A stretch of 64,000 nucleotides of DNA from an uncultured Clostridia bacterium (GTDB lineage Bacteria > Bacillota > Clostridia > Christensenellales > CAG-917). A program made the translations under genes and the position numbers. Positions 1 through 6,847 of this stretch are shown in pieces (the first letter of the stretch is position 1; each line of letters begins with the position of its first letter). A model generated the notes under the pieces. The model searched no databases. It was not told the DNA's origin and saw only the letters and a program-made list of their open reading frames with translations. The DNA lies in contig CANQNC010000004.1 in the NCBI GenBank assembly GCA_947625145.1, forward strand, positions 11,107 to 75,106, given 5' to 3'.

Positions 1-322
1 AGGATATCACCACCATGACGCACGTCAGCCAAAAGTCCCTGCTCGGCTTGCCCTTGCCGCTTCTCACCGAAAAGCTGTAAACGCCGAAAAACAGGACGAG
101 CATCATCGCAAACGCGCCCACAAATCTTCCCGTCGTGACCGCCGCGCTCGCCACGGTAAACGCTTGCAGGAAGTCTCCCACCATAAACAGCGAAAACAGC
201 GTCATCGCAAACGTCGCGACGACGATCCCGACAAAACATTGCCCAAAGCAAGCGAAAAACTTTTTCCTTGCGATCAGCTTTTGTTTTTCGACCGTTGATA
301 AGTCTTTGATATCGTCAATCAT
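1..322 (-). CDS. partial CDS (N-terminus only, runs off the window start): multi-pass membrane protein, possibly the 7TM-HD (PgpH/YqfF-type) gene that follows phoH in Firmicutes
   Basis: ATG at 320-322 (minus) lies 7 nt after GGAG and the frame stays open to position 1. Translation is MIDDIKDLSTVEKQKLIARKKFF followed by hydrophobic helices (FVGIVVATFAMTLFSLFMV, FVGAFAMMLVLFFGV). It is absent from the ORF track because it is truncated. The product name comes from synteny only. Confidence 0.45.
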   Translation of the reverse strand, partial: MIDDIKDLSTVEKQKLIARKKFFACFGQCFVGIVVATFAMTLFSLFMVGDFLQAFTVASAAVTTGRFVGAFAMMLVLFFGVYSFSVRSGKGKPSRDFWLTCVMVVIS

Positions 323-355
323 ATTTCATCTCCAAACGATCACGTGTTGGTCAAC

Positions 356-1324
356 CTATTGTTTTCCGTTTTGCTCCGCTTCCTCGTAGCGCTCGTACGC
401 CTCGACAATGTGCGTGACCAGCTCGTTTCTGATCACGTCCTTCGAGGTCAAAAGATCTATCTCGACGCCCTTGACGTCGCGGAGCACCTCAATTGCGTTC
501 ACAAGCCCGCTCGTCACGTTGCGGGGAAGGTCGATTTGACTTATGTCCCCTGTGACGACCATACGGCAGTTTTCCCCCATGCGGGTGAGGAACATCTTCA
601 TCTGCTCACGAGTGGTGTTTTGCGCCTCATCGAGTATGACGAAGCAGTTCGACAACGTGCGCCCGCGCATATACGCAAGCGGCGCGATCTCTATAACCCC
701 GCGCTCGATAAAGCGCAGATACGTATCCTCTCCCAAAAACTCTTTGAGCGCGTCGAACAGCGGCCTGAGATACGGGTCCACCTTTTCGCTGAGGTCCCCG
801 GGCAAAAAGCCGAGTTTCTCCCCCGCTTCCACGGCGGGACGGGTGAGTATGATCCTGCCGACCTCGTTGTTTTTCAGCGCTCCCACCGCAAGCGCGACCG
901 CAAGATAGGTCTTGCCCGTGCCCGCGGGGCCTACGCCAAACACAATGCCGTTTCGTCTTATCGCGTCGATATAGCGCTTTTGCCCGAATGTTTTCGGGCG
1001 CACTATCTTGCCGCGCACGGTGATCGCGACCGTGTTCATCAGTTCGGACAGATCCAACTCTTTGCCCGCCTTGGCGCAGTCTATCGCCATGCCGACTTGG
1101 GACGGGATCAGATCCCCCTTGTCCGCCATGCCCTCGAGTGCGTCCAGCGCGCGCATGGCTCCCTCCACGGCATGTGAATCGCCGCTTATTTTGACGCTGT
1201 TGCCCGTGGCGAAAATGTCCACGTCAAAAGATTGCGTAATGCGGGAAATGTTCTCGTCCAATTCCCCGAAAACGGCAAGCATGACGTCATAGTTTTCAAA
1301 ATGTTTTTCCCTTGTTGTTTTCAT
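356..1324 (-). CDS. phoH: PhoH-family ATPase (PhoH/YbeZ-like)
   Basis: 322-aa ORF with Walker A GPAGTGKTYLAVALAV and the PhoH-type core ILTRPAVEAGEKLGFLPGDL...DEAQNTT. GGAGGTG lies upstream. It overlaps the yqfD 3' end by 29 nt. Confidence 0.9.
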   Translation of the reverse strand: MKTTREKHFENYDVMLAVFGELDENISRITQSFDVDIFATGNSVKISGDSHAVEGAMRALDALEGMADKGDLIPSQVGMAIDCAKAGKELDLSELMNTVAITVRGKIVRPKTFGQKRYIDAIRRNGIVFGVGPAGTGKTYLAVALAVGALKNNEVGRIILTRPAVEAGEKLGFLPGDLSEKVDPYLRPLFDALKEFLGEDTYLRFIERGVIEIAPLAYMRGRTLSNCFVILDEAQNTTREQMKMFLTRMGENCRMVVTGDISQIDLPRNVTSGLVNAIEVLRDVKGVEIDLLTSKDVIRNELVTHIVEAYERYEEAEQNGKQ

Positions 1325-2576
1325 CGGATATGAGCACCTCCGCCTCGACAGTCACGCTTACGTTCCTGCCCACGGCGTCCCTCTGTACGGATCTGTACAC
1401 ATTTTTTATGCTCGCGGGTTCCTCGAGCTCGGAGAGTATCTCGGCATAGACGATGGAGCACAGCTGTTCGTCCGTCATGACGTTTTGCGTCTCTACGGCG
1501 TCTAGCTGCCGAAATTCGTACGTGTACGCGACAAACGGAAGCAAAAAGCCGAAATCGCTTATCCTGACCTCAAGTTCGTAGGTTTCAAACGGGCTTTTGG
1601 GAGGCTTCGGCGCCTTGCCGAACATCCCCAGCTTCACGATACGCTTCGTCTTGCCGTAGACCTTTTCCACCGAGACGTCCGCTAAGTAGGCGGTGCGCTT
1701 CAACAGCACGGTGCCGTAAACGCTTCCCTTCGCCTCCACCTCTATGCGCGAATCGCCGTACATGACGTAGCCGTCTATCAGCAGATCCCCCGCCTTCACG
1801 ACGTCGCCGTACTTGACCTGCGCCGTGCCGCCCTCCACAATCACTCGCGTGACTGTGGCAAGCCTTGTCGCGCTCACGCCCGAGCCGCGTATGTCGGCGA
1901 AATGCTCGCGCGCAAGCTCGGACTTTATCCTGACCTCCACTCGCGTGCCCCGCCTTTGGACCTGCGCAAAGGCTATCCCGTCCAGCCCCAATATCCTTTC
2001 GGACAGGACATCGGGCTTTATCTCGGGGACGAACGCGCCCTCGAACACCCCTTGCTCGGATAGTATTGCGTGTATCTTTGCATTTAATGCGCCGTCCGCC
2101 TCCACGCCGTCAAGGCTTAGGACGCTTATGTCCGTCACGAAGCAAGGGAACAGCGCGATCATCAACACGCCTGCCGCGATGCCCGCGATCAACCCCGCGC
2201 GCACGAGCAAGCGCGCAAGGCGCGGGAGCGCGCCCGACACTCGTATTATTTTATAATCATAGCATAAATTGTCGAGCAGCGCAACAATCTTTGGGCAAAC
2301 TTTTGACGGAATATAAAAACGGATCCCGTCCGAAGCCGTCCTCACGTCGCTGACAACGCAGATCTTCATGATCGCGCCAAGCGCCCGCACTCCGTTTTTG
2401 CCCTTGACAAAGATCTCGGTCTTGCCCAGCTTGCTCGCAAAAACAGACATTCTATTCGGACGTTTTTTGCGGATAGGCGAGATTTTGTCCTTCCTCTCCT
2501 TCTGCGGCTTTTTGACCCTGCGCTCGACTGTGAAAGCGCCAAAATCGTTTTCAGTCCTTTTTTTGCCCGTCAACAA
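1296..2576 (-). CDS. yqfD: sporulation protein YqfD
   Basis: 426-aa ORF with a TTG start 7 nt after AAGGAGA (alternative ATG at 2450). It has a central TM segment LIAGIAAGVLMIALFPCFV and a YqfD-like N-terminal region (GKTEIFVKGKNGVRALGAIMK). The yqfC-yqfD-phoH order matches Bacillus/Clostridium. Confidence 0.8.
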   Translation of the reverse strand: MLTGKKRTENDFGAFTVERRVKKPQKERKDKISPIRKKRPNRMSVFASKLGKTEIFVKGKNGVRALGAIMKICVVSDVRTASDGIRFYIPSKVCPKIVALLDNLCYDYKIIRVSGALPRLARLLVRAGLIAGIAAGVLMIALFPCFVTDISVLSLDGVEADGALNAKIHAILSEQGVFEGAFVPEIKPDVLSERILGLDGIAFAQVQRRGTRVEVRIKSELAREHFADIRGSGVSATRLATVTRVIVEGGTAQVKYGDVVKAGDLLIDGYVMYGDSRIEVEAKGSVYGTVLLKRTAYLADVSVEKVYGKTKRIVKLGMFGKAPKPPKSPFETYELEVRISDFGFLLPFVAYTYEFRQLDAVETQNVMTDEQLCSIVYAEILSELEEPASIKNVYRSVQRDAVGRNVSVTVEAEVLISDENNKGKTF

Positions 2577-2820
2577 ATTCCAATCTCCTTATATCGCCCT
2601 TGACATAGATGTCCGAGCCGCCGATCTCAAGTATCCGTAGCCCCTCGCCCGCAACGCTCAGCGCGCCGCCCGCGATCTTCAACCTGACCTCCTCCCCCGT
2701 GGACAACATCACGTTTTTGACGCCGCTGACGGCAAGTTTGTCCCGCGCAAGCATGGTCAGCGCAAACGGCAACAGCTCCTGCCCCACCTTCAACTTCCTT
2801 TTCAATTCGTCCTTGAACAT
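2551..2820 (-). CDS. yqfC: YabP/YqfC-family sporulation protein
   Basis: YabP-type core LAVSGVKNVMLSTGEEVRLKIAGGALSVAGEGLRILEIGGSDIYVKGDIRRLEF. The start is uncertain: ATG 2820 has no clear RBS and the ORF is open up to TTG 2907. Confidence 0.65.
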   Translation of the reverse strand: MFKDELKRKLKVGQELLPFALTMLARDKLAVSGVKNVMLSTGEEVRLKIAGGALSVAGEGLRILEIGGSDIYVKGDIRRLEFVDGQKKD

Positions 2821-2951
2821 GTTAAAGCATATGAGCCCGCTCCCCCAATCATTCCCCGCCCGCTCTCCACCAAAATGCGTCTGCCCTCCCCTAAATCCCT
2901 CCCGCAATCAAGGGAAAAATCCACAGGAGAAATACTCAAATCACCTTAGGG

Positions 2952-2989
2952 ACAAAAAAAATTCCAACCTATCAGTTCAAGATAGGTTG
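2952..2989 (-). terminator. intrinsic terminator (minus-strand reading)
   Basis: 9-bp stem CAACCTATC (2965-2973) pairs with GATAGGTTG (2981-2989). On the minus strand it is followed by a run of 8 T (plus-strand A8 at 2953-2960). Confidence 0.6.
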
Positions 2990-3020
2990 AAATCGGTGTC
3001 AAACACGAAAGATGCCCGAG

Positions 3021-3268
3021 AAGGTTCGTAGGCAAGGTCAGCGGCCTGCCGATCGGGTCCCACAAAATTGTGAAATGATTTTGTGGGTGAAATTGCGAAA
3101 CGAGCGAGTTTACTCGCAAAAGTGGAGCGTCAGTCCGGGAACAGGAGTTCGCCACGCAAAGCGTGGGCAACATATAATGTTGCAATCTTGACGGGACAAT
3201 CTCTCGTGTCTTACGCGAGAGATGACCATGAAAAAAGCACCTAAACAGGTGCTTTTTTCATGGTGTCT
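3021..3268 (+). ncRNA. unclassified structured RNA-like element, copy 1 (strand assignment tentative)
   Basis: Shares ordered conserved blocks with copy 2, with compensatory hairpins between them. It ends in a 16-bp hairpin CCATGAAAAAAGCACC/GGTGCTTTTTTCATGG (3226-3263). Three G.U pairs exist only on the + strand. No family was recognised. Confidence 0.35.
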
Positions 3269-3301
3269 TACACGAAATAGCTGTAAAGCCCGCAATCCAC
3301 A

Positions 3302-3527
3302 GTCGGAGATTCGTAGGCAAGGCCAGCGGCCTGCCGTAATAGTGGAGCGTGAGTGCTTGCACTCGGTAGCGACACGTCAGTCCGGACGTCCGGAGTTCGG
3401 TTGGCAAAGCCAACTATTGTTGCATTCTGCAACAATAAAATCTCCGACGGGACAATCTCTCGTGTGCCTTACACGAGAGATGACCATGAAAAAAAGCACC
3501 TGTTTAGGTGCCTTTTTTCATGGTGTC
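3302..3527 (+). ncRNA. unclassified structured RNA-like element, copy 2 (strand assignment tentative)
   Basis: Closing helix GTCGGAGAT (3302-3310) pairs with ATCTCCGAC (3440-3448). It has the same block order as copy 1. Its terminal 17-bp hairpin (3484-3523) includes the CCA end of tRNA-Lys. Confidence 0.35.
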
Positions 3528-3596
3528 CCGTCGGAGATTCGAACTCCGGACCATCGCATTAAAAGTGCGGTGCTCTACCGACTGAGCTAACGAGAC
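3521..3596 (-). tRNA. tRNA-Lys (anticodon UUU)
   Basis: Reverse complement is GTCTCGTTAGCTCAGTCGGTAGAGCACCGCACTTTTAATGCG...GGAGTTCGAATCTCCGACGGGACACCA. It folds as a cloverleaf with anticodon loop CTTTTAA and an encoded CCA. Confidence 0.9.
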
Positions 3597-3598
3597 GG

Positions 3599-3673
3599 TG
3601 GCAGGGGTAGCTGGATTTGAACCAACGAATGACGGAATCAAAATCCGTTGCCTTACCGCTTGGCGATACCCCT
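3599..3673 (-). tRNA. tRNA-Gln (anticodon UUG)
   Basis: Reverse complement is AGGGGTATCGCCAAGCGGTAAGGCAACGGATTTTGATTCCG...GGTTCAAATCCAGCTACCCCTGCCA. The anticodon is TTG and CCA is encoded. Confidence 0.9.
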
Positions 3674-3756
3674 TCGAGGCGCATTTGCGCAACGTTGCGT
3701 ACGCTCTTGCGAGACATACTTTGTATGACCGCGACCAATGATCGCAAGGTTTCAAA

Positions 3757-3834
3757 TGGGGTGAATAGTGGGACTCGAACCCACGGCCTCCAGGGCCACA
3801 ACCTGGCACGCTAACCAACTGCGCTATATCCACC
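3757..3834 (-). tRNA. tRNA-His (anticodon GUG)
   Basis: Reverse complement is GGTGGATATAGCGCAGTTGGTTAGCGTGCCAGGTTGTGGCCCTGG...GGGTTCGAGTCCCACTATTCACCCCA. An extra 5' G(-1) sits opposite discriminator C, which is typical of tRNA-His. Confidence 0.9.
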
Positions 3835-3837
3835 ATA

Positions 3838-3914
3838 TGGCGAGCCTGAAGGGATTCGAACCCCCGACACACGGCTTAGAAGGCCGTTGCTCTATCCTGC
3901 TGAGCTACAGACTC
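3838..3914 (-). tRNA. tRNA-Arg (anticodon UCU)
   Basis: Reverse complement is GAGTCTGTAGCTCAGCAGGATAGAGCAACGGCCTTCTAAGCCG...GGGTTCGAATCCCTTCAGGCTCGCCA. The anticodon is TCT. Confidence 0.9.
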
Positions 3915-3942
3915 ACTGTTGTCGAGCGAAACCTATCTAGGT

Positions 3943-4016
3943 TGGAGCGGGTGATGGGAATCGGACCCACGCAATCAGCTTGGAAGGCTGACATTCTACC
4001 ATTGAACTACACCCGC
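3943..4016 (-). tRNA. tRNA-Gly (anticodon UCC)
   Basis: Reverse complement is GCGGGTGTAGTTCAATGGTAGAATGTCAGCCTTCCAAGCTG...GGGTCCGATTCCCATCACCCGCTCCA. The anticodon is TCC. Confidence 0.9.
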
Positions 4017-4068
4017 GCGCTCGCTCGACCTGCCGGCGACGAAAGTCAATACCATTCGGCGCTTGAAA

Positions 4069-4097
4069 ATATTAACATATTAAGCAAATCATGTCAA
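4069..4097 (-). promoter_or_regulatory. sigma-A-type promoter of the tRNA operon
   Basis: On the minus strand: TTGACA (4097-4092), 17-nt spacer, TAATAT (4074-4069). It lies about 50 nt upstream of tRNA-Gly. Confidence 0.6.
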
Positions 4098-4217
4098 GAA
4101 ATTTTGACAACTTTGCTCAATTAGCCCGACGACTTTGCTTGCGCCCCGCTTTTGCGAGTTTATGGCGCCGTCGCGCACGAGGCTTTAAGCGTCACGACTC
4201 CGAAAACTCTCCAAGAC

Positions 4218-5690
4218 TCACTCGCCCGCCGAACGATCGAGAAGCTGTTGTTTGAGCGTCCAGAGCTTTTTGGACAAGTCCACCTTGTAGTCCTGCGCAT
4301 TGACCACTCTGCGATATTCGGGGAAGAATTGCGCAACGCATTGATCCTCGTACTCCGCTATCTGTTTGAGCGTGGGCAGGTCGTAGACCAACTTGCCGTC
4401 CTTGAAGATGGGCGTCATAAGCTCTTTCGTCTCAAAATCCACAAACGTCATCCTCTTGTAGGTCAGCTCGGGATGGAAGATGGTGAGCGGCTTGGAGGGG
4501 TCTATCGTCTCGTCCTCGAGGCATATCAGGTCCGCCTGCGCCATGCCGCGCTTGAAAATGCGCACGATCTTTTTTACCCCGGGATTGGTGGTCTTTTCGT
4601 GGCTGTTGGACACCTTTATCTTGGGCACGAGCACGCCGTTCTCTTCCATGGCGCACATCTTGTACACGCCGCCGAGAGAGGCGTTTTTGTAGCTTGTGAT
4701 CAGCTTTGTGCCTATGCCGTAGACGTCTATCTTCGCCTCCTGCGCGTGCAGGGACAGCAGAATGTCCTCGTCAAGGTCGTTTGTGGCGAAGATGAGGCAA
4801 TCGTCGTGCCCCGCGGCGTCAAGCATTTTCCTTGCCTCGCGACTGAGATAGGCGAGGTCTCCGCTGTCCAGCCTTATGCCGATGGGCTTATGTCCCGCCG
4901 CCTTGAGCTTGTCAAACACCTTTATTGCGTTTGGAACGCCGCTTTTCAGCGTGTTGTAGGTGTCCACCAGCAGCAGACAGTTGTCGGGATATATCTCGGC
5001 GTACTTTTCAAACGCTTCAAGCTCGCTGTCAAAGGACATGACCCAGCTGTGCGAGTGCGTGCCCGTGACGGGTATGCCGAACAGCTTGCCCGCAACCACG
5101 TTGGACGTCGTGCGACAGCCGCCGATATAAGCCGCCCTTGCGCCGTAAATTCCCGCGTCCGCGCCCTGCGCCCTGCGCAAGCCGAATTCGCTGATCTTGT
5201 TTTTTGTGCACTCTCTGAGCCTTGCCGCCTTTGTCGCGATCAGCGTCTGATGGTTGATGAATGTCAAAAGCGCGGTCTCCACAAGTTGAGCCTCCCAAAG
5301 CGGCGCCGAGACCGTGACGATTGGCTCGCCGGGGAAGATCATGGTCCCTTCGGGCACTGCCTTGATGTCCCCCGTGAAGCGGAAGCCCTCGAGAGCGCGG
5401 AAAAATTCCTCATCGAAGATGCCGAGAGACCTCAGATATTCTATGTCGCTCTTGTCGAAATGCAGGTTCAAAATGTAGTCTATCGCCTGCTCCAGCCCCG
5501 CGGCGATCGCGTAGCTGTAACCGCCCGCGCCCCTGTAAAACACGTCGAAAACCGCTCTTTTTTTCCACAGCCCGCACTTGAGATAGCCGTTCATCATGGT
5601 CAGCTGATAAAGGTCGGTCAAAAGGGTGAGATTGTTTGTTTTGACGCGCTCGGTCAGATAGGTGTTTTGCGCAATATCCTTGTTTTCCAT
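4218..5690 (-). CDS. pncB: nicotinate phosphoribosyltransferase
   Basis: 490-aa ORF with the NAPRTase N-terminal signature LLTDLYQLTMMNGY and a full-length family layout. Confidence 0.9.
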   Translation of the reverse strand: MENKDIAQNTYLTERVKTNNLTLLTDLYQLTMMNGYLKCGLWKKRAVFDVFYRGAGGYSYAIAAGLEQAIDYILNLHFDKSDIEYLRSLGIFDEEFFRALEGFRFTGDIKAVPEGTMIFPGEPIVTVSAPLWEAQLVETALLTFINHQTLIATKAARLRECTKNKISEFGLRRAQGADAGIYGARAAYIGGCRTTSNVVAGKLFGIPVTGTHSHSWVMSFDSELEAFEKYAEIYPDNCLLLVDTYNTLKSGVPNAIKVFDKLKAAGHKPIGIRLDSGDLAYLSREARKMLDAAGHDDCLIFATNDLDEDILLSLHAQEAKIDVYGIGTKLITSYKNASLGGVYKMCAMEENGVLVPKIKVSNSHEKTTNPGVKKIVRIFKRGMAQADLICLEDETIDPSKPLTIFHPELTYKRMTFVDFETKELMTPIFKDGKLVYDLPTLKQIAEYEDQCVAQFFPEYRRVVNAQDYKVDLSKKLWTLKQQLLDRSAGE

Positions 5691-5691
5691 T

Positions 5692-6837
5692 TTACGCCTC
5701 TGCTGTATCCAAAGTATATTCGTCCTGTTTGACGATGGTTCTGAATCTCTTTTTATAATGTTTTGGAACGCGATAAAAATTCAACTCGTCGAAATCCACC
5801 GCAACATACTCTCCCTTGCCGTAGAGAAAGCGGAGAGGGTTCCTCGACTCCTTGACTACGGTTTGGCCGTCCTTTGAAACTTCCTTTGTCTTGACGGCGT
5901 ACAGCTTGCCCACGAAGCCGTAGTTTGAAATGTCGAAGTCGCTGAGCGCCGCGCCCTCGAGTTTGCTCGCGCTCTTAAGGCCGCGCACTCTGTCGTAGGA
6001 CATCTTGCTGACCCTGTAAAGCACGTAGACCGCCCCCACAATGACAGACAGCACGACCATGACGACACAACCCGCCATCGCGCCCTTGACGTTTGCGGCG
6101 TCCAGCCTGAGATATTCCAGCCAAGTGCGCCCGAGGAAGTACCAGAACAGATAGAAAAGCAACATCACGCCGGGATATTTTTTCTGTTTGCCCTTCATCC
6201 AGAAGGTCAGGCAGAAGGCAAGCCCTATCGCGTTCCACACCATCTCGTAAAAGAAGGTCGCGCAATACCAGCCCTCGCCGCCGAACAGATCCCACCTCGA
6301 AACGCCCGACGGATCGTCGATGTAGACCGCAAACGGGAAGCGTTGGAAGCGAGGATCCGTGATCTGAAATCCGAACGCCTCCTGATTGACGAAATTGCCC
6401 AATCTGCCCACGATCTGCCCGACGAGAAGGGGCACGATCACAAGGTCCGCAACGCTCAAAAAGTTGGTCTGTTTGCGGTGGCGCAACGTGAAAAAGATCA
6501 CGCCCAACGCGCCGCCCGCGATGCCGCCTATGATGGTGATGCCGCCGTCCCATATAGCGATAGCGTTGACAAAGGCGTCCCAACTGTCTATGGGGAAGAA
6601 TTCGCTTGTGCGGGATATGAGATAAAACACCCTCGCAAACACGATCGCAAAGGGGATGACCCACAAAAACAGCTCTATCCCGTCGTCCGAGGCAAGATTG
6701 ATTTTTTTTGCCTGACTGCAAGCGTACACCAGCCCGATCAGCATGCCGCACACGATGATGACGCCGTACCAACGCACGCTGAGTCCGCCGATTTGAAACG
6801 CCACCTTGGGATCGCTTGCGATTGCCAAAATATCCAT
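5692..6837 (-). CDS. lgt: prolipoprotein diacylglyceryl transferase with a C-terminal extension of roughly 100 aa
   Basis: Lgt motifs GLSVRWYGVIIVCGMLIG and GRLGNFVNQEAFG. ATG 6837 lies 6 nt after GAGGAG (the track start at 6843 is a TTG). Confidence 0.88.
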   Translation of the reverse strand: MDILAIASDPKVAFQIGGLSVRWYGVIIVCGMLIGLVYACSQAKKINLASDDGIELFLWVIPFAIVFARVFYLISRTSEFFPIDSWDAFVNAIAIWDGGITIIGGIAGGALGVIFFTLRHRKQTNFLSVADLVIVPLLVGQIVGRLGNFVNQEAFGFQITDPRFQRFPFAVYIDDPSGVSRWDLFGGEGWYCATFFYEMVWNAIGLAFCLTFWMKGKQKKYPGVMLLFYLFWYFLGRTWLEYLRLDAANVKGAMAGCVVMVVLSVIVGAVYVLYRVSKMSYDRVRGLKSASKLEGAALSDFDISNYGFVGKLYAVKTKEVSKDGQTVVKESRNPLRFLYGKGEYVAVDFDELNFYRVPKHYKKRFRTIVKQDEYTLDTAEA

Positions 6838-6847
6838 ATTCAACTCC

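Noticed and set aside
3021-3527. Interpreting the tandem elements as T-box or other cis-acting riboswitches
   Set aside because: I found no T-box sequence (GGGTGGTACCGCG-like) and no specifier/AG-bulge architecture. No downstream gene lies on the plus strand. On the minus strand they follow, rather than precede, the tRNA genes. They remain unclassified rather than assigned.
3222-3590. 122-aa plus-strand ORF starting in the first hairpin and running through the tRNA-Lys gene
   Set aside because: It crosses two terminator hairpins and a tRNA gene. The short peptide frames that start at GAGAGATGACCATG differ between the two repeat copies because of a 1-nt indel, so no peptide is conserved.
3440-3600. 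Integrated mobile element using tRNA-Lys as its attachment site
   Set aside because: The duplicated tRNA-Lys 3' segment is inverted rather than direct. It is also split by a structured insertion, and there is no integrase, excisionase or foreign gene cargo next to it.
4152-5732. 526-aa plus-strand ORF
   Set aside because: It is antisense to pncB, which has the NAPRTase signature. It is a shadow ORF. The same reasoning applies to 344-1177, 12424-13365, 19153-20310, 38881-40293, 41571-42803, 44085-45122, 45255-46331, 53403-54464 and 55411-57222.
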